A DNA stretch of 64,000 nt from Pristiophorus japonicus (Eukaryota). A program made the position numbers and the translations under genes. A model generated the notes under the pieces. The model saw only the letters and a list, made by a program, of their open reading frames with translations. It had not been told where the DNA came from and ran no database searches. Where the stretch lies: positions 806,001 to 870,000 of the forward strand of contig NW_027251299.1 of the NCBI RefSeq assembly GCF_044704955.1, given 5' to 3'. Positions 24,090 through 36,633 of the stretch are shown piece after piece (the stretch's first letter is position 1; each line of letters starts with the position of its first letter).

Positions 24090-24880
24090 TGAAGCGATTT
24101 GATAGAGTTGATAGTGAGACATTATTTACACTGACAGGAGCGTCGGTAACCAGATGACATGGATTTAAGATCAATTGCAAAAAAAAACAGAGGGGAGATG
24201 AAGAGATGTTTGAATGTAGCAAGTTGTTCTGCTCTGGAATGCAGAAGGTATACACGAACTTTCGTTTTTATAAATAGAGAAATAGGGTGCAAATGCAAGG
24301 AACTTGTTGTTAAACATCTGTAAAATATTGGTTATACCCCAGCCAAAGTATTGTGTTTAATTCTGGGCACCACATTTTAGGAAAGATTGTAAGGCCTTGC
24401 AAAGGGTGCAGAGGGAATTTACCAGTATAGTACCTTGGAGGAAATACTTCAGTTACGTGTAGACCTTCGGGGCATTGGGATTGTTATCATTGGAGTAGAG
24501 AAGTTTAAAAGGCGATTTGATAAACATGTTCAAGATTGTGAGGGGTTCTGACACAGTAACTACGAAGACTATTTTCCAGTGGCTGACGGGTCTGGAACCA
24601 GAGGACATAGATTTAAGGTACTTGGCAAAAGAGCCAGAGGCGAAGTGAGGAAAAAGAAATACACAGAATGTGATGATCTGGAATACACTGCCTGATAGGG
24701 TGCTGGATGCAGTTCCAGTAATACATTTCAAAAGGGATTTGGAAACAATGCAGGGATATTGGGAAATAGCAGGGGGAGTGCGATTAATTGGTTGCTCTTT
24801 CAACTTTGTGCCGGCACAGGAACCAGTGAGCTGAATGTACGCGTTCTGTACAGTATCATTCTTCGATTCTCTGATTCTAT
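24090..24880 (+). mobile_element. Decayed CR1 3' fragments
   Basis: FWAPHFRK and LKGDLINMFKI-like motifs plus a CR1 tail. Confidence 0.7.
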
Positions 24881-24940
24881 AACTGCATCATCTCTCTGTT
24901 CATATTACACTAAGACCTGTCTCTGTTTCTAAAACTCTAT

Positions 24941-27900
24941 GGGTTAGAACGTCTACTTTTTTTGCATGCTTAACGCCCACTAAACGCCCATTTTACAACT
25001 GAAATGACGTATAATGCCCATATATCAATCTTTTTGACATAAAATGGAAACTGGCAGGCATTTTTCGGAAAATTATCGCCGAGCATTACTTTCCCCATGT
25101 GCTTAACGCTGGGGAAAAAAAATACTGCCCGTTCACATTTTTTTAGTTGAATCAGCAGAATTCAACACCCATAATATCACCCAGTGTTAATTGCCAGACT
25201 GATGTAACGCCGAGATTCAATATTAATGCCCGCCCCCGCTTTTTTGTAGGAAAGAGCATATTTACTGAAAGTAGCGGCCATGGGATCGTCCAGCATCAAT
25301 CTCTCCACCTCGCACACATATCGCTCACAATATCGCTCTCCCAAGAAAACGCCCAGTAAATTTGGAACTAACCGGAATGAATCACAGCGTTATGGACGCC
25401 ATGTTCTAGATCACATGTCGTGTCCTTTAAAAGGCTGCTGTGCTTCAACTTCGACGGTCGTTGCAGTTAATGTGAACATCTGTAAAAACATCTCACCATA
25501 CTGTGACCGATTGTAATTGAAGAGGTGTCTCCGTCGGGGCATTGCTTGTTTGTGACCAATCGGTGGACAACAGAGAGCTGCGGCAATGGTGCCTGCCCTT
25601 TCTCACTCTCTGTTGGTGACCAATTACATGCAGTAGACTCGACATCGCCGAAAGAACATTCCATTGCATTTTGTGCTCAATATAAGACATGACAGGCAGA
25701 TGAGGAGGACCAGATGTTACATCCTCCGCAATTACAAGCAGAGGCATTCTTACCTCGACTTGCCCGACACCACATGCCTTCAGAGACTGCGCTTTAGGAA
25801 AAGGGGAGGTGCAACGAGACCTAGGTGTCATCGTACATCAGTCATTGAAAGTTGGCATGCAGGTACAGCAAACGGTGAAGAAGGCAAATGTTATGTTGAC
25901 CTTCATAGCTAGGGGATTTGAGTACAGGAGCAGGGAAGTCTTATTGCAGATGTTCAGAGCCTTGGTGAGGCATCACCTGGAATATTGAGTTCACTTCTGT
26001 TCTCCTACTCTGAGGAAGGACGTTATTGCTATTGAGGGAGTGCAGCGAAGGTTCATCAGACTGATTCCCAGGTCGGCTGGACAGACATGTGAGGAGTGAT
26101 TGGATCGACTGGGCCTGTATTCATTGGAGTTTAGAAGATTGCGAGGGGATCTCAAATTCTGACGGTACTGGACAGCTTAGATGCAGGAAGAATGTTCCCG
26201 ATGTTGGACAAGTCCAGAACCAGAGGTCACAGTCTAAGGATAAGCGGTAAGCCATTTAGGATCAAGAAGAGGAGAAACTTCTTCTCTCAGAGAATTGTGA
26301 ACGTGTGGCATTCTCTACCGCAAAGAGTTGTGATGCCAGTTTGTTAGATTTATTCAAGAGGGAGTTAGATATGGCCCTCAGGGCTAAAGGGACCAAGGGG
26401 TATGGAGAGAAAGCAGGAGGTGGGTACTGAGGTCAATGATCAGCCATGATCTTATTGAATGATGGTGCAGGCTCGAAGGGCCGAATGGCCTACTCCTCCA
26501 CATATTTTCAATGTTTCTATGTTTCTATGTTTCTATGTTTCCACAAAGAGGTTATCATTGAGATATGCCAGCTGATAAGGGCAGATCTGCAGCCTGTCAC
26601 CACCATCAGTACTGCACTGTCCTTCAAGATCAAAATCACTGCAGCACTGTCGTTCTAAATCTCTGGTTCGTTTCAAGCCACAGTTGGAGACATTTGCGGA
26701 CTTTCTCAGCATGCCACACATCGCTGCATTAGACAGGTAGGTCACTGAAGCCCTGTAAGCACACAGGAGGGATTGATCAGCTTCCCTATCACATTGGAGG
26801 CACAGAGTGAGAGGGATCTAGGATTCTCCAGAATGGAAAACTTCCCCAAGCTGCAGGGAGAAAAAGACTGTACGCACACCGTGATGTGGGCACCTTTTCA
26901 GGATGCTGAGTTTTTCAGGAACCGGAAGGGATTCCACTCCCTGAATGTCCAACTGGTTTTGGACCACCAGTAAATTACACTAGTCGTGAATGCTCAATTT
27001 CCGGGCAGCATCCATGATGCTCACATGCTGCGTGAGAGCAATGTATCTGACTTGTTTAACAATCAGCTACAAAGTCAATGCTGGGTGCTTGGTGGCAAAG
27101 GATATGGTCTCACCACCTGGCTGATGACACCCCCTGCGTGACACCCACACCGAATCCGAGAGGTGATGCAATGAATGCCACAGAGAAACTCGCAGTATCG
27201 TGGAGAAAACCATTGGTGTGCTGAAGCAGCACTTTAGAGGCCTGGACCACTCAAGAGGCGAGATCCAATACCACCCTGATCAATTAGCTAAATTCGTGTT
27301 GGTGTGCTCCACGCTGCACGACTTGTCTATCGGGAGGAAACAAGAATTGCCTGATGAGTCTGACAGTCCACCTCGCTAGAGAGAGGAAGAGGAGGACGAG
27401 GAAGCGGACGCTGTCATCGGCCCAGACAATCAGGCTGATGCTGAAACCATTCAGTCTTCCAACTGTAGACCGCATGAAAGGGCCCATGGTGGCATCATAG
27501 CTGCAAGAGCCTTACGTCAGGGACTCATCAATGATCGCTTTACCTGAAAGAACGTTGGTGTTATTTACAAGGCTGACACACTGTTGGGTGTGCACGTCAT
27601 AAATCAATGGTGGGCATCACCTTGGTGACAGTTAAAGTATAAGTTGATTGAAGTTAAGTGTGACTTTACCCTTTCATTTAAAGGAATCACCAGCGTATAA
27701 TGGTGTAGCTTTCTGAGCCAATGTGCTACAAGGTTTCGTTAAAAAAAATGTAAACCAACATTAACTTGAAATCATCAGTATTTCTATACAAAGTAACCTT
27801 TCTCCCCACCACACTCCCGCTTCTCCTCCCCACCTCCACCCCTTCCCCTCCTGACTCCAAGTTGCCTGGCCGAGGAGGTCCTCAGGCGATGCTTCATTAC

Positions 27901-28559
27901 TGGGTGACGGCCGAACCGCTGTTTGGATGGATGCGGGAGAGGACGGTCCTGAGGTGGGAAGGTGCACTGAGCCAGAAGCAATATGTTGCTACTCGCTCTC
28001 ATGAGTGGTTGGCAATGGGAGTGCGGCATTTTGCGATGCAGTGCGGTCTTCCGGGACCACTGGGGGCCCTCTACCACCAGTGTTCCGAGCTACCAGCTGT
28101 AGGGCCTCCTCCATCCCATCCATATAATAACTTATTTGTTGGACAAAGACTCGGTGCCAACTATATTCTTGGTGCTAAGTAGGCTTTTTGCTAATAGTGA
28201 ATCTCCACAACACCCAGACAAGCACAGACCACAGCCACACACACTTTCATTCCCTCTGAGCTCCCTCTCTCTCTGTCTCCTCTTCTGCGCATGTCATGAT
28301 GACCCTGACCTCCTGAATCGTGGGAATCGAGCGTTGCTATGCTGTTGCTAAGGATGGCCACAGTTTACGGCAGAAGGACAAAATTATTTAATGCTACCGC
28401 CCATTTGATATCGCTTGCAGTAACGCCATTTTCAAAAATGGAAACTAATTGTTTTATGAATAGGTGAGAAGCAGGCGATCTGAAAACCATTTTTTAATGC
28501 CCACGCGGTTTAAAATAACCATTTTAGGGTGATAAGCATAAAAGTGGAGGTTCTAGCCC
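24941..28559 (+). mobile_element. PIF/Harbinger DNA transposon with TIRs and a decayed HARBI1-like DDE transposase
   Basis: TIRs GGGTTAGAACGTCTACTTTT (24941-24960) and the reverse complement of 28540-28559, GGGCTAGAACCTCCACTTTT (17/20). Transposase fragments at about 25690-25800 and 26540-27545: DCTH, NRKGFHSLNVQLV, FPGSIHDAH, LGGKGY, RSIVEKTIGVLKQHFRGL, with stops. Confidence 0.92.
25801..26540 (+). mobile_element. CR1 LINE nested in the Harbinger transposase
   Basis: CR1 ORF2 C-terminus and a (tttctatg)n tail at 26514-26540; it splits the transposase at RLRF/FHKEVI. Confidence 0.88.
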
Positions 28560-30730
28560 TAGATCCTGTCACAGTTATTATTGCAGTAGACAACAATCTT
28601 TTTATATTAGACTAAGCCCTGTCTCTGTTTATATTACACTAGACCCTGTCTCTGTTTATATTAAACTAGACCCTGTCTTTGTTTATATTACATTAGACCC
28701 TGTCTCTGTTTATATTAAACAAGACGCATTCTCTATTGAGATTACACTAGATCCTGTCTTCGTTTATATTAAACCAGATCCTATCTCTGATTATATTAAC
28801 CAAGGCCCTGTCTCTGATTATATTACACTAGACCCTGTCTCTGTTTATATTACATGAGACCCTGTCTCCGTTTATATTAAAAAAGACCCTGTCTCTGATG
28901 ATATTACATTAGACCCTGTCTCTGTTTATTTTGCACTAGACCCTCGCTCTGTTTATATTACATTAGAAACATAGAAACTTAGAAAATAAGTGCAGGAGTC
29001 GGCCATTCGGCCTTTCGAGACTGCACCACCATTCAATAAGATCATGGCTGATCATACCCTCAATACCACTTGCCTGCTTTCTCTCCATCCCACTTGATCC
29101 CCTTAACCGTAAGGACCATATCTAATTCCCTCTTGAATATATCCAATGAACTGGCATCAACAACTCTCTGCTTTAGGGAATTCCACAGGTTAACAATTCT
29201 CTGAGTGAAGAAGTCTCTCCTCATCTCAGTCCTAAATGGTCTACCCCTTATTCTAAGACTTTGTCCTCTGATTCTCGACTTCCCTCACATCGGGAACATT
29301 CTACTCACATCTAACCTGTCCCGTCTGGTCAGAATCTTGTAAATTTTTATGAGAACCCATCTCATCCTTCTAAATTCCAATGTATAAAGGCCCAGTTTAT
29401 CCAGTTACTCCTCATATGTCAGTCCTGCCATCCCGGGAATCAGTCTGGTGAACCTTCGCTGCACTCCCTCAATAGCAAGAACGTCATTCCTCAGATAAGA
29501 AGACCAAAACTGAGCACAATATTCCAGGTAAGGCCTCACCAAGGTCCTGTACAACTCCAGTAAGATCTCCCTGCTCCGATACTCAAATCCCCGAGCTATG
29601 AAGGCCAACATACCATTTGCCTTCTTCCATGCCTGCTGTACCTGCATGTAAACTTTCAATGACTGATGAACCATGACACCCAGGTCTCGTTGCACCTCCC
29701 CTTTTCTTAATCTGCCGCCATTCAGATGATATTCAGTCTTCACGTTTTTGCCTCCAAAGTGGATAACCTCAGATTGATCCACATTATGTTGTATCAGCCT
29801 AGTATTTGCCCACTCACCTAACCTGTCCTAGTCACCCTGTAGGCTCTTAGTGTTCCCTTCACAGCTCACACCGCCACCCAGTTTAGTGTCATCTGCAAAC
29901 TTGCAGATATTACACTCAATTCCTTCATCTAAATCATTGATGTATCTTGTAAGGAACTGGGGTCCCAGCACTGAGCTCTGCCGCACTCCACTAGTCACTG
30001 CCTGCCATTCTGAAAAGCACCTGTTTATCCCGAATCTCTGCTTCCTGTCTGCCAACCACTTTTCTATCCACGTCAGTATATTACCCCCAATACCATGTGA
30101 TTTGATTTTGCACACCAGTCTCTAGTGTGGCACCTTGTCAAAAGCCTTTTGAAATTAGACCCTGTCTCTGTGTATGTTACACTAGACCCTGTCTCTGTTT
30201 ATATTACACGAGGCCCTGTCTCTGTACATTTTACACTAAACCCTGTTTCTGTTTATATTACACTAGATCCTGTCTCTGTTTATATGACACTAAAGCTTGT
30301 TTCTGTTTATATTACACTAGGCCCTGTCTCTTTTTATATTACAGTAGTCCCTGTCTCTGGTTAAATTACTCTCGACCCTGTCTCTGATTACATTACTCTA
30401 GACCCTGTCTCTGTTTATATTACACTCGACCCTGTTTCCGTTTATATTACAACAGGCCCTGTCCCTGTTTATGTTACACGTGACCCTGTCGCAGTTATCA
30501 CTGCCAGAGATCATCTCTGAAATATATTACACTCGGCCCCGTCCCTGTCTGATTGCACTAGACTCTGTCTCAGTTATTCCTGTCCTAGGCTATGCCTGAA
30601 ATATATTACACTATATCCTGTCCCTCTTCATTTTACTCTAGAATTTATCTAAAATATAACTGCACTGGACCCTGACTCTATTTATTATACAACAGACCAT
30701 GTCTCAGTTATTTCTGCACTTGACCATGCA
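28560..30730 (+). repeat. 27-bp satellite array interrupted by CR1
   Basis: Units of gaccctgtctctgtttatattacacta at 28560-28965 and 30153-30730. Confidence 0.9.
28965..30150 (-). mobile_element. CR1 LINE, 5'-truncated, inserted in satellite
   Basis: ORFs 29405-29782 and 29828-30115 (YINDLD...KFADDTKL; LVRPYLEYCAQFWS); (catagaaa)n tail near 28965. Confidence 0.9.
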
Positions 30731-30809
30731 TACGTTATAAAGGCAGAATATAGATAGATGGATCGATGCATATTAATATTCTCTCATTACACCGGATCCC
30801 GTCGCAGTT

Positions 30810-31985
30810 TTTATTGCACTGTATAGTTGATGTGATGGTCTTCTAAAAGGTTTTGTAGATAATATCCTTGCCAGCAAAGTTGAAACCCATAGAATAAAAA
30901 GGACAGGGGCAGCGTGGTTATAAAATTCGCTAAGTGACAGGAACCAGAGAATACTGGCTGTTTTTTTTGATTGGAGGAGGGTATACAATGGTGTTCTGCA
31001 GCTGATGGTATGAGGAACACGGATTCTCTTCGTTTATATTCATGACTTAGACTTGGGTGTAAGGGCACAATTTCAATTTTTTCAGATGACACAACACTTG
31101 TAAGTACTGTGAACAGTGACGAAGATAGTGACGAATGCAAGAGGACCAAGACTTCCTCATGGAATGGGTGGACACGTGACAAATGAAACGCAGAAAATTG
31201 TGAAGTTATACATTTTGGTACGAAAAGCGAGGAGAGCCAATATAAACTAAAGGGTACAGTGCTAAAGCGGCTGGATGAACACAGAGACCTGGGGTATATT
31301 TGAACAAATCATCGAAGATGGCAGGGCAGGCTGAGAAAATGTTTAAAAAAGCATGTGGGATCCTGGGCTTCATAAATTGATGCATAGAATACAAGCGAAA
31401 GGTAGTTATGAGCAATATTTATAAAACAGTGGTTCAGCCTCAACTGGAGTATTGGGGCCAATTCTGGGCACAGCACTTTAGGAAGGATGTGAATGCCTTC
31501 GAGAAGATTCAGAAAAGATTTACAAATGTGGTTCCAGGGATAAGGTACTTCGCTTACATGGATAGTCTGGAGAAGCTGGGGTGTTCTCCTTAGAACAGAG
31601 AAATTTGAGATGGGATTTCATAGAGGTGTTCAGAATAATAAGGGATCTGGACAGAGTAGCTGGAGAGAAACTGTTTTCATTAGTGGAAGGGTCAAAAACA
31701 GAGGACACAGATTTAAGGTGATTGGCAGAAGAATCAAAGTCGAACTGATGTAAATTTTTTTACGTAGCGAGTGGTTAGGATCTGCAATGCACTGCCTGAA
31801 AGGTGTTGGGGGCAGCTTCAGTCGTGGCATTCCAAAGGGAATTGGATACGTACCTGAAGGAAGACAATTCACAGGGAAAGGGCAGGGGAGTGGACAAGCT
31901 GAAATAATCTTGCAGTGAGCAGCGCATGCTATATGTGCTGACTGACACTCTTATGTGTTCTAACCATTCTATGATTCTACAATAC
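30810..31985 (+). mobile_element. Old CR1 fragment (part of duplicated unit A; paralog at 60070-61265)
   Basis: VQPQLEYWGQFWAQHFRKD motif, with a colinear paralog near 60.1-61.3 kb. Confidence 0.8.
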
Positions 31986-32519
31986 AGCAGAGCCTATCTC
32001 AGTTATTACTATACTAGACCGTGTTCCAGTTTATATCACCACATCCACCACGTTAAATATTCACCACTCCATCACCAGCGCACCATGTCTGCAGTGAGAA
32101 CACCATCACCTCCGCGTATTCCTCAAAATCACACATCATCCAGACTTGAAAACTTATTACCCTTCCTTCATAATCTCTGTGACAAAGAGGCGTCAATGCT
32201 GGCCTTGCCAGCGACACCCACAGCCACATGTCAGGAAACAATAAACCAATGTCCCTGAATCAGTATTTACTGCACCAGGCTCTACGTCAGTTATTACTGT
32301 ACTAGAACTACTGATATTGTTCCAGGCCCCGTCTCAGATATTACTGGAATATTCCATGCCTTTGTTCCTATTGCACAATAACCTGTCTCTGTTTATATTA
32401 AATTAGACAAAGACACTTTTATATTATACTTGTCCCATCATTTCACATTACTAAACTAAACCATGTCTCTGTTTATATTAGATTAGACCCTGCCTCAGTT
32501 ATTACAGCACTGGACGCTG

Positions 32520-32975
32520 TAAGTTCCAGGACAGGGACATTATGTGTCAGATAGAGCGTAAAGCGCCCTCCACACCCCTAGGACAGTTATGGCACGGGTT
32601 ATATCGAGAGGGATGCTCCCTTTACCTGTCCACACGGTCCCATCATACACTTCCAGGTCAGGTACAGCACGGTTTAGATACAGAGTAAATCTCCCTCTAC
32701 ATTGTCCCATTAAACTATCAGAAGGCAGGTACAGCATGGTTTAGATATAGAGTATTACCCATCTACACTGTCCCATCAAACACTCCCAGGGCAGGTACAG
32801 TACGATTTAGATATAGTATGAAGCTCCCGCTAAACTGTACCATCAAACACTCCCAGGGCAGGTATAGCACGTTTAAGATAAATTGTAAAACGTCCTCTAC
32901 ATTGTCTCATCAAACACTCGCAGATCGTTTAATTCACTGGTCATATTTTGGATTAAATCTCCCTCTGCACGGTCC
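32520..32975. repeat. 67-bp tandem repeat, about 6 units
   Basis: Same unit as 7945-8700. Confidence 0.85.
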
Positions 32976-33794
32976 AATCAAATTGGTTCGAGGCATATCA
33001 TTAGGGCTCAAGGAAAACTATTGTTTGATGTTAACATCTAGTTGTGGAAGAAGGCCAATTATTCATTCCTGAGAGGCAAGACGGAAAGTGGAAATAGGAG
33101 AGGGAGAGGATACAGGAAATCCCCACTGACACATTTGTGATGTCACTATATACAGTGACTAGAATCCTTCCCCATTCTGACCGTGGGGATGACCTTTACT
33201 TTATTCTCCTATAATTTAGAGAAATGTAGCAAAAAACAATTGTTGGTGGAATCTGTTGAGGCATTTGCATTTCTGTCTTTGTTTTTTTCTGTGCTGTATT
33301 GGTGGGGAAACATTTATTGTGTTTCTGTCAAACAATACTCTAATCTGGGACTTCTATTTCTGTGTTTATTTAAATAAATGCCTCACTGGTTACCATGAAG
33401 TATTCATGGCAGCAAAATCAGATCAACAGAGTCAATTATTGATTAGTCTCAACAAACAACGAGGACTTATTTTAAGAATATTGACAGTTGGTACAAAGAA
33501 ATAGAAACATATCAACAGTGACGTTGGCTTTAGTTTTGTTCAATTAGAACAGATGTGATTTATATTAATGAGAATAAACATTACAATTAATAATTCAGTT
33601 CTGATAGTTCTGCTGCCGAAATCAGTGGAATATCTCGGAACCAGGTGTATTGCACTGGATCTCCATTTAGTTGAAGATTTTACCCACTGGAACTGACCAA
33701 GTTAAAACAGTGACCATCAGAGTGTCTGAAAATCATGGTAATATCTGAGCTTTTCACATATTGCAACTTGTATTTTAAAATGTTGATATTTAGA

Positions 33795-34250
33795 AATAAC
33801 TTGCATTTATATAGTGCATTTCATGAACGCCTGATGTCCCAAAATGCTTTGCAGGCAATGAAACACTTTTGAAGTGTGGTCACTGTTGTAATGTAGGAAA
33901 CGTGGCAGCCAAATTGTGCACAGCAAGATCCCACCGACAGCAATGAAATAATGATCAGATAATCTATTTTTCAGATGTTGTTTGAGGGTTAAATACTTGC
34001 CTAGAAACTGCGCAAAACTCCACTGCTCTTTAAGATAGTGCCATGAGTCCTTTAAATCCATCTGAGTGGGAAGATGGGACCTCAGCTTAATGTCTGCCCC
34101 AAAAGACGGCACCTCTGACCGTGCAGCGCTCCCTCAGTCCTGGCACCGGGCGGGTTAGCATAGATTATGGGCTCAGGTCTCTGGAGTGGGGTTTAGTATC
34201 TGTGACCTACTGAGTCAGAGGCGACAGTGATCACACTGAGCCAATAATTG
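33795..34250 (-). mobile_element. DeuSINE (SacSINE1-like), near full length
   Basis: Reverse complement of the Deu core (gtggcagccaaattgtgcacagcaagatccca) and tail (cttgcatttatatagtgc). Paralog at 62920-63370; only the 5' part is left near 46490-46580. Confidence 0.7.
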
Positions 34251-34487
34251 AACATATCACAGCTTGTATTTTAAAATGTTGACATTTAGCTCATCGTGTC
34301 TGAAGTTCAGGGCCTAAGCCCAGACTTACCCCGATCTATTTAATTGCCAGCGGTGAGCCTTGTTTTATTCCTTGGGATTTTATTCCCGCTCTGTTGTAAT
34401 TGTGCACGGGATTCCCACTGGGGCCATATAAAAATGTCAGCGATTGCACAAAGAAAAATCTGGATGTGCGCGAGGCAGATGACTCAC

Positions 34488-35420
34488 CAAGTTTGCTGAC
34501 GATACAAAGATGGTTGGGAAAGCAAACTGTGAGGTGGACACAAGAAATCTGCAAAGGGATATAGACAGGCTAAGTGAGTGTGCAAAAATATGACAGATGC
34601 AGTATAATATGGGAAAATGTGACGTTATCCATCTTGGCAGTAGGAATAGAAAAGCGAATTGTAATTTAAATGGAGAAAAATTGCACAGTGTTGCAGTACA
34701 GAGGGATCTGGGGGTCCTGGTGCTTGGAACACAAAAAGTTAGTATACTATTACAACAAGTAACCAGGGAGGCAAATGGAATGTAGGCCTTTATTTGAAGG
34801 GGGATAGAGTATAAAAGAAGAGATGTCCTGCTGCAACTGTACATGGTATTGGGGAGGCCACACCTAGAGTACTGCGTACAGTTTTGCTCTTCGTATTAAA
34901 GGAAGGATATACTTGCATTGGATGCAGTTCAGAAAAGGTTAACTATGTTGATTCCGGAGATGAGGGGGTTGACTTAGGAAGATAGTTTGAGTAGGATGGG
35001 CCTATGCACATTGAAGTTCAGAAGAATTAGGTGATCTTATCGAAACATATAAGATAATGAGGGGGCTCGACAAGTTGGATGCAGAGAGGATATTTCCACT
35101 CAGAGGGGAACCTAAAACTTGGGGACATAGTCTCAGAATAAGGGGCCGTCCATTTAAAACAGATGAGGAGCAATTTCTTCTCTCAGAGAGTTGTAAATCT
35201 ATGCAATTCTCTGCCCCTGAGAGCTGTGCAGGCTGGGTCTTTGAATATATGTAAGAATGAGATGAACAGATTTTCGAGCGATAAGGGAGTAAAGGTTAAT
35301 GAGAGTGGGTACAGATGTCGAACTGAGTCCATGATCAGATCAGCCATGATCTTATTGATCCTGGCGGAGCTGATTCGATGGGTCAAATGGCCTAAACCTG
35401 TTCCTTCTTCTTATGTTCTT
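34488..35420 (+). mobile_element. CR1 LINE, 5'-truncated, specific to duplicated unit A
   Basis: Starts at KFADDTK and ends in a ttcttatgttctt tail; the flanks are contiguous in the copies near 46.8 kb and 63.6 kb. Confidence 0.88.
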
Positions 35421-35569
35421 ATTAATCAAGGAACTTGAGTTTTACACTGTGTGAGCTGCACCATCAGAGCAGCAGAAGCTGGAATTGTTCTCTTTGGAGC
35501 GAAGAATGATCAGATTTAATAGAAGTGTTCAAAATCATGAGGAGTTTTAATCGGGTAAATTGGAAGAAT

Positions 35570-35745
35570 CTCCATCACTCCCTCCCTCCCTTCATCCCTC
35601 ACTCACGCCCTCCAATCCACCATCCCTCCCTCCATCAATTGCTCCCTCCCTGCACCCATCCCTCCCTCCCTCTGTCCATCCCTCCCACACTCCACCCCTC
35701 CCTTGCTCCACTCATTCATCCCTCCATCCCTCCCTCAGCCCAATC
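35570..35745. repeat. CT-rich (CCCT/CCAT) microsatellite; paralogs at 46955-47170 and 63745-63965
   Basis: Imperfect ccctccctcc and catccctcc runs. Confidence 0.8.
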
Positions 35746-36633
35746 TATTCTTATTTTTTCTTTTGCAATGTTTCTGCTTCCATTGATGAGGATTCCTCAG
35801 ATGGAATTTTCTGCGCCCAATTCCTTCAACGGGCTTTCATATATATTAACAAATACGAGAGCGATCGATGACAAATATATATATGTAAACCCCCACCCTA
35901 ATAAAGCTGACAAGAAATAAAATGATGACCTTTCGGGAGAGGGAGTTGGCTGGGGATGTGCCACTGGGTAGAATTTCTGGTTGGGGCAGTCAGGATATTT
36001 TTACTTAAAATAAAAAAATAGGTTAACAATTTGAAAACTTGTTTAAGACATCCTGGACTTTCAGCTGTTATTTTTCCGTCCCCCTTCTCGCTGTTGAGGA
36101 CGGGCCAGTGCCCGCCTGGAGCTCGCTGCCATTGAGTGTACAGGATGGTAGAACGCAAGCTCTTGCTATGCGGACTGAGTTGGAGAAGCTGTGGCTGTTC
36201 TCCTGACAGCAGAGTAGGGTGCGGGGAGATTTAACAGATTTGGTACCAAGGATGAATGACTAGAAACACTAGTTCGGCCCCAGCTGGAGTATTGTGTCCA
36301 ATTCTGGACACCACACTTTAGGAATGACTTGAAGACTTTCGAGAGGGTACAGAAGAGATTTACTGCAAACGCATCAGGGAGGGGGTATTAAATTATATGG
36401 AGAGACTCGAGAAACTGGGGCAGTTCTCCTTAGAGCAGAGAATGCTAAGAGGAGATTTAGTAGATTAGTACCAGGCAACGGAAGGAGCGTGTGGCAAACC
36501 AGTCCCACCCAACCTTTCCTTCAACGCCGATCTGTAATTCCTGAATTGGACTATTCAGTCACGTAAGAACTGACTTTTAGAGTGGAAGCACGCCTTCCTC
36601 GATTTCCAGGGACTTCCTATGCCTATGATGATG

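Noticed and set aside
26540-27545. Domesticated host gene HARBI1
   Set aside because: It has in-frame stops, frameshifts, a nested CR1 and flanking TIRs, so it is a dead transposon copy.
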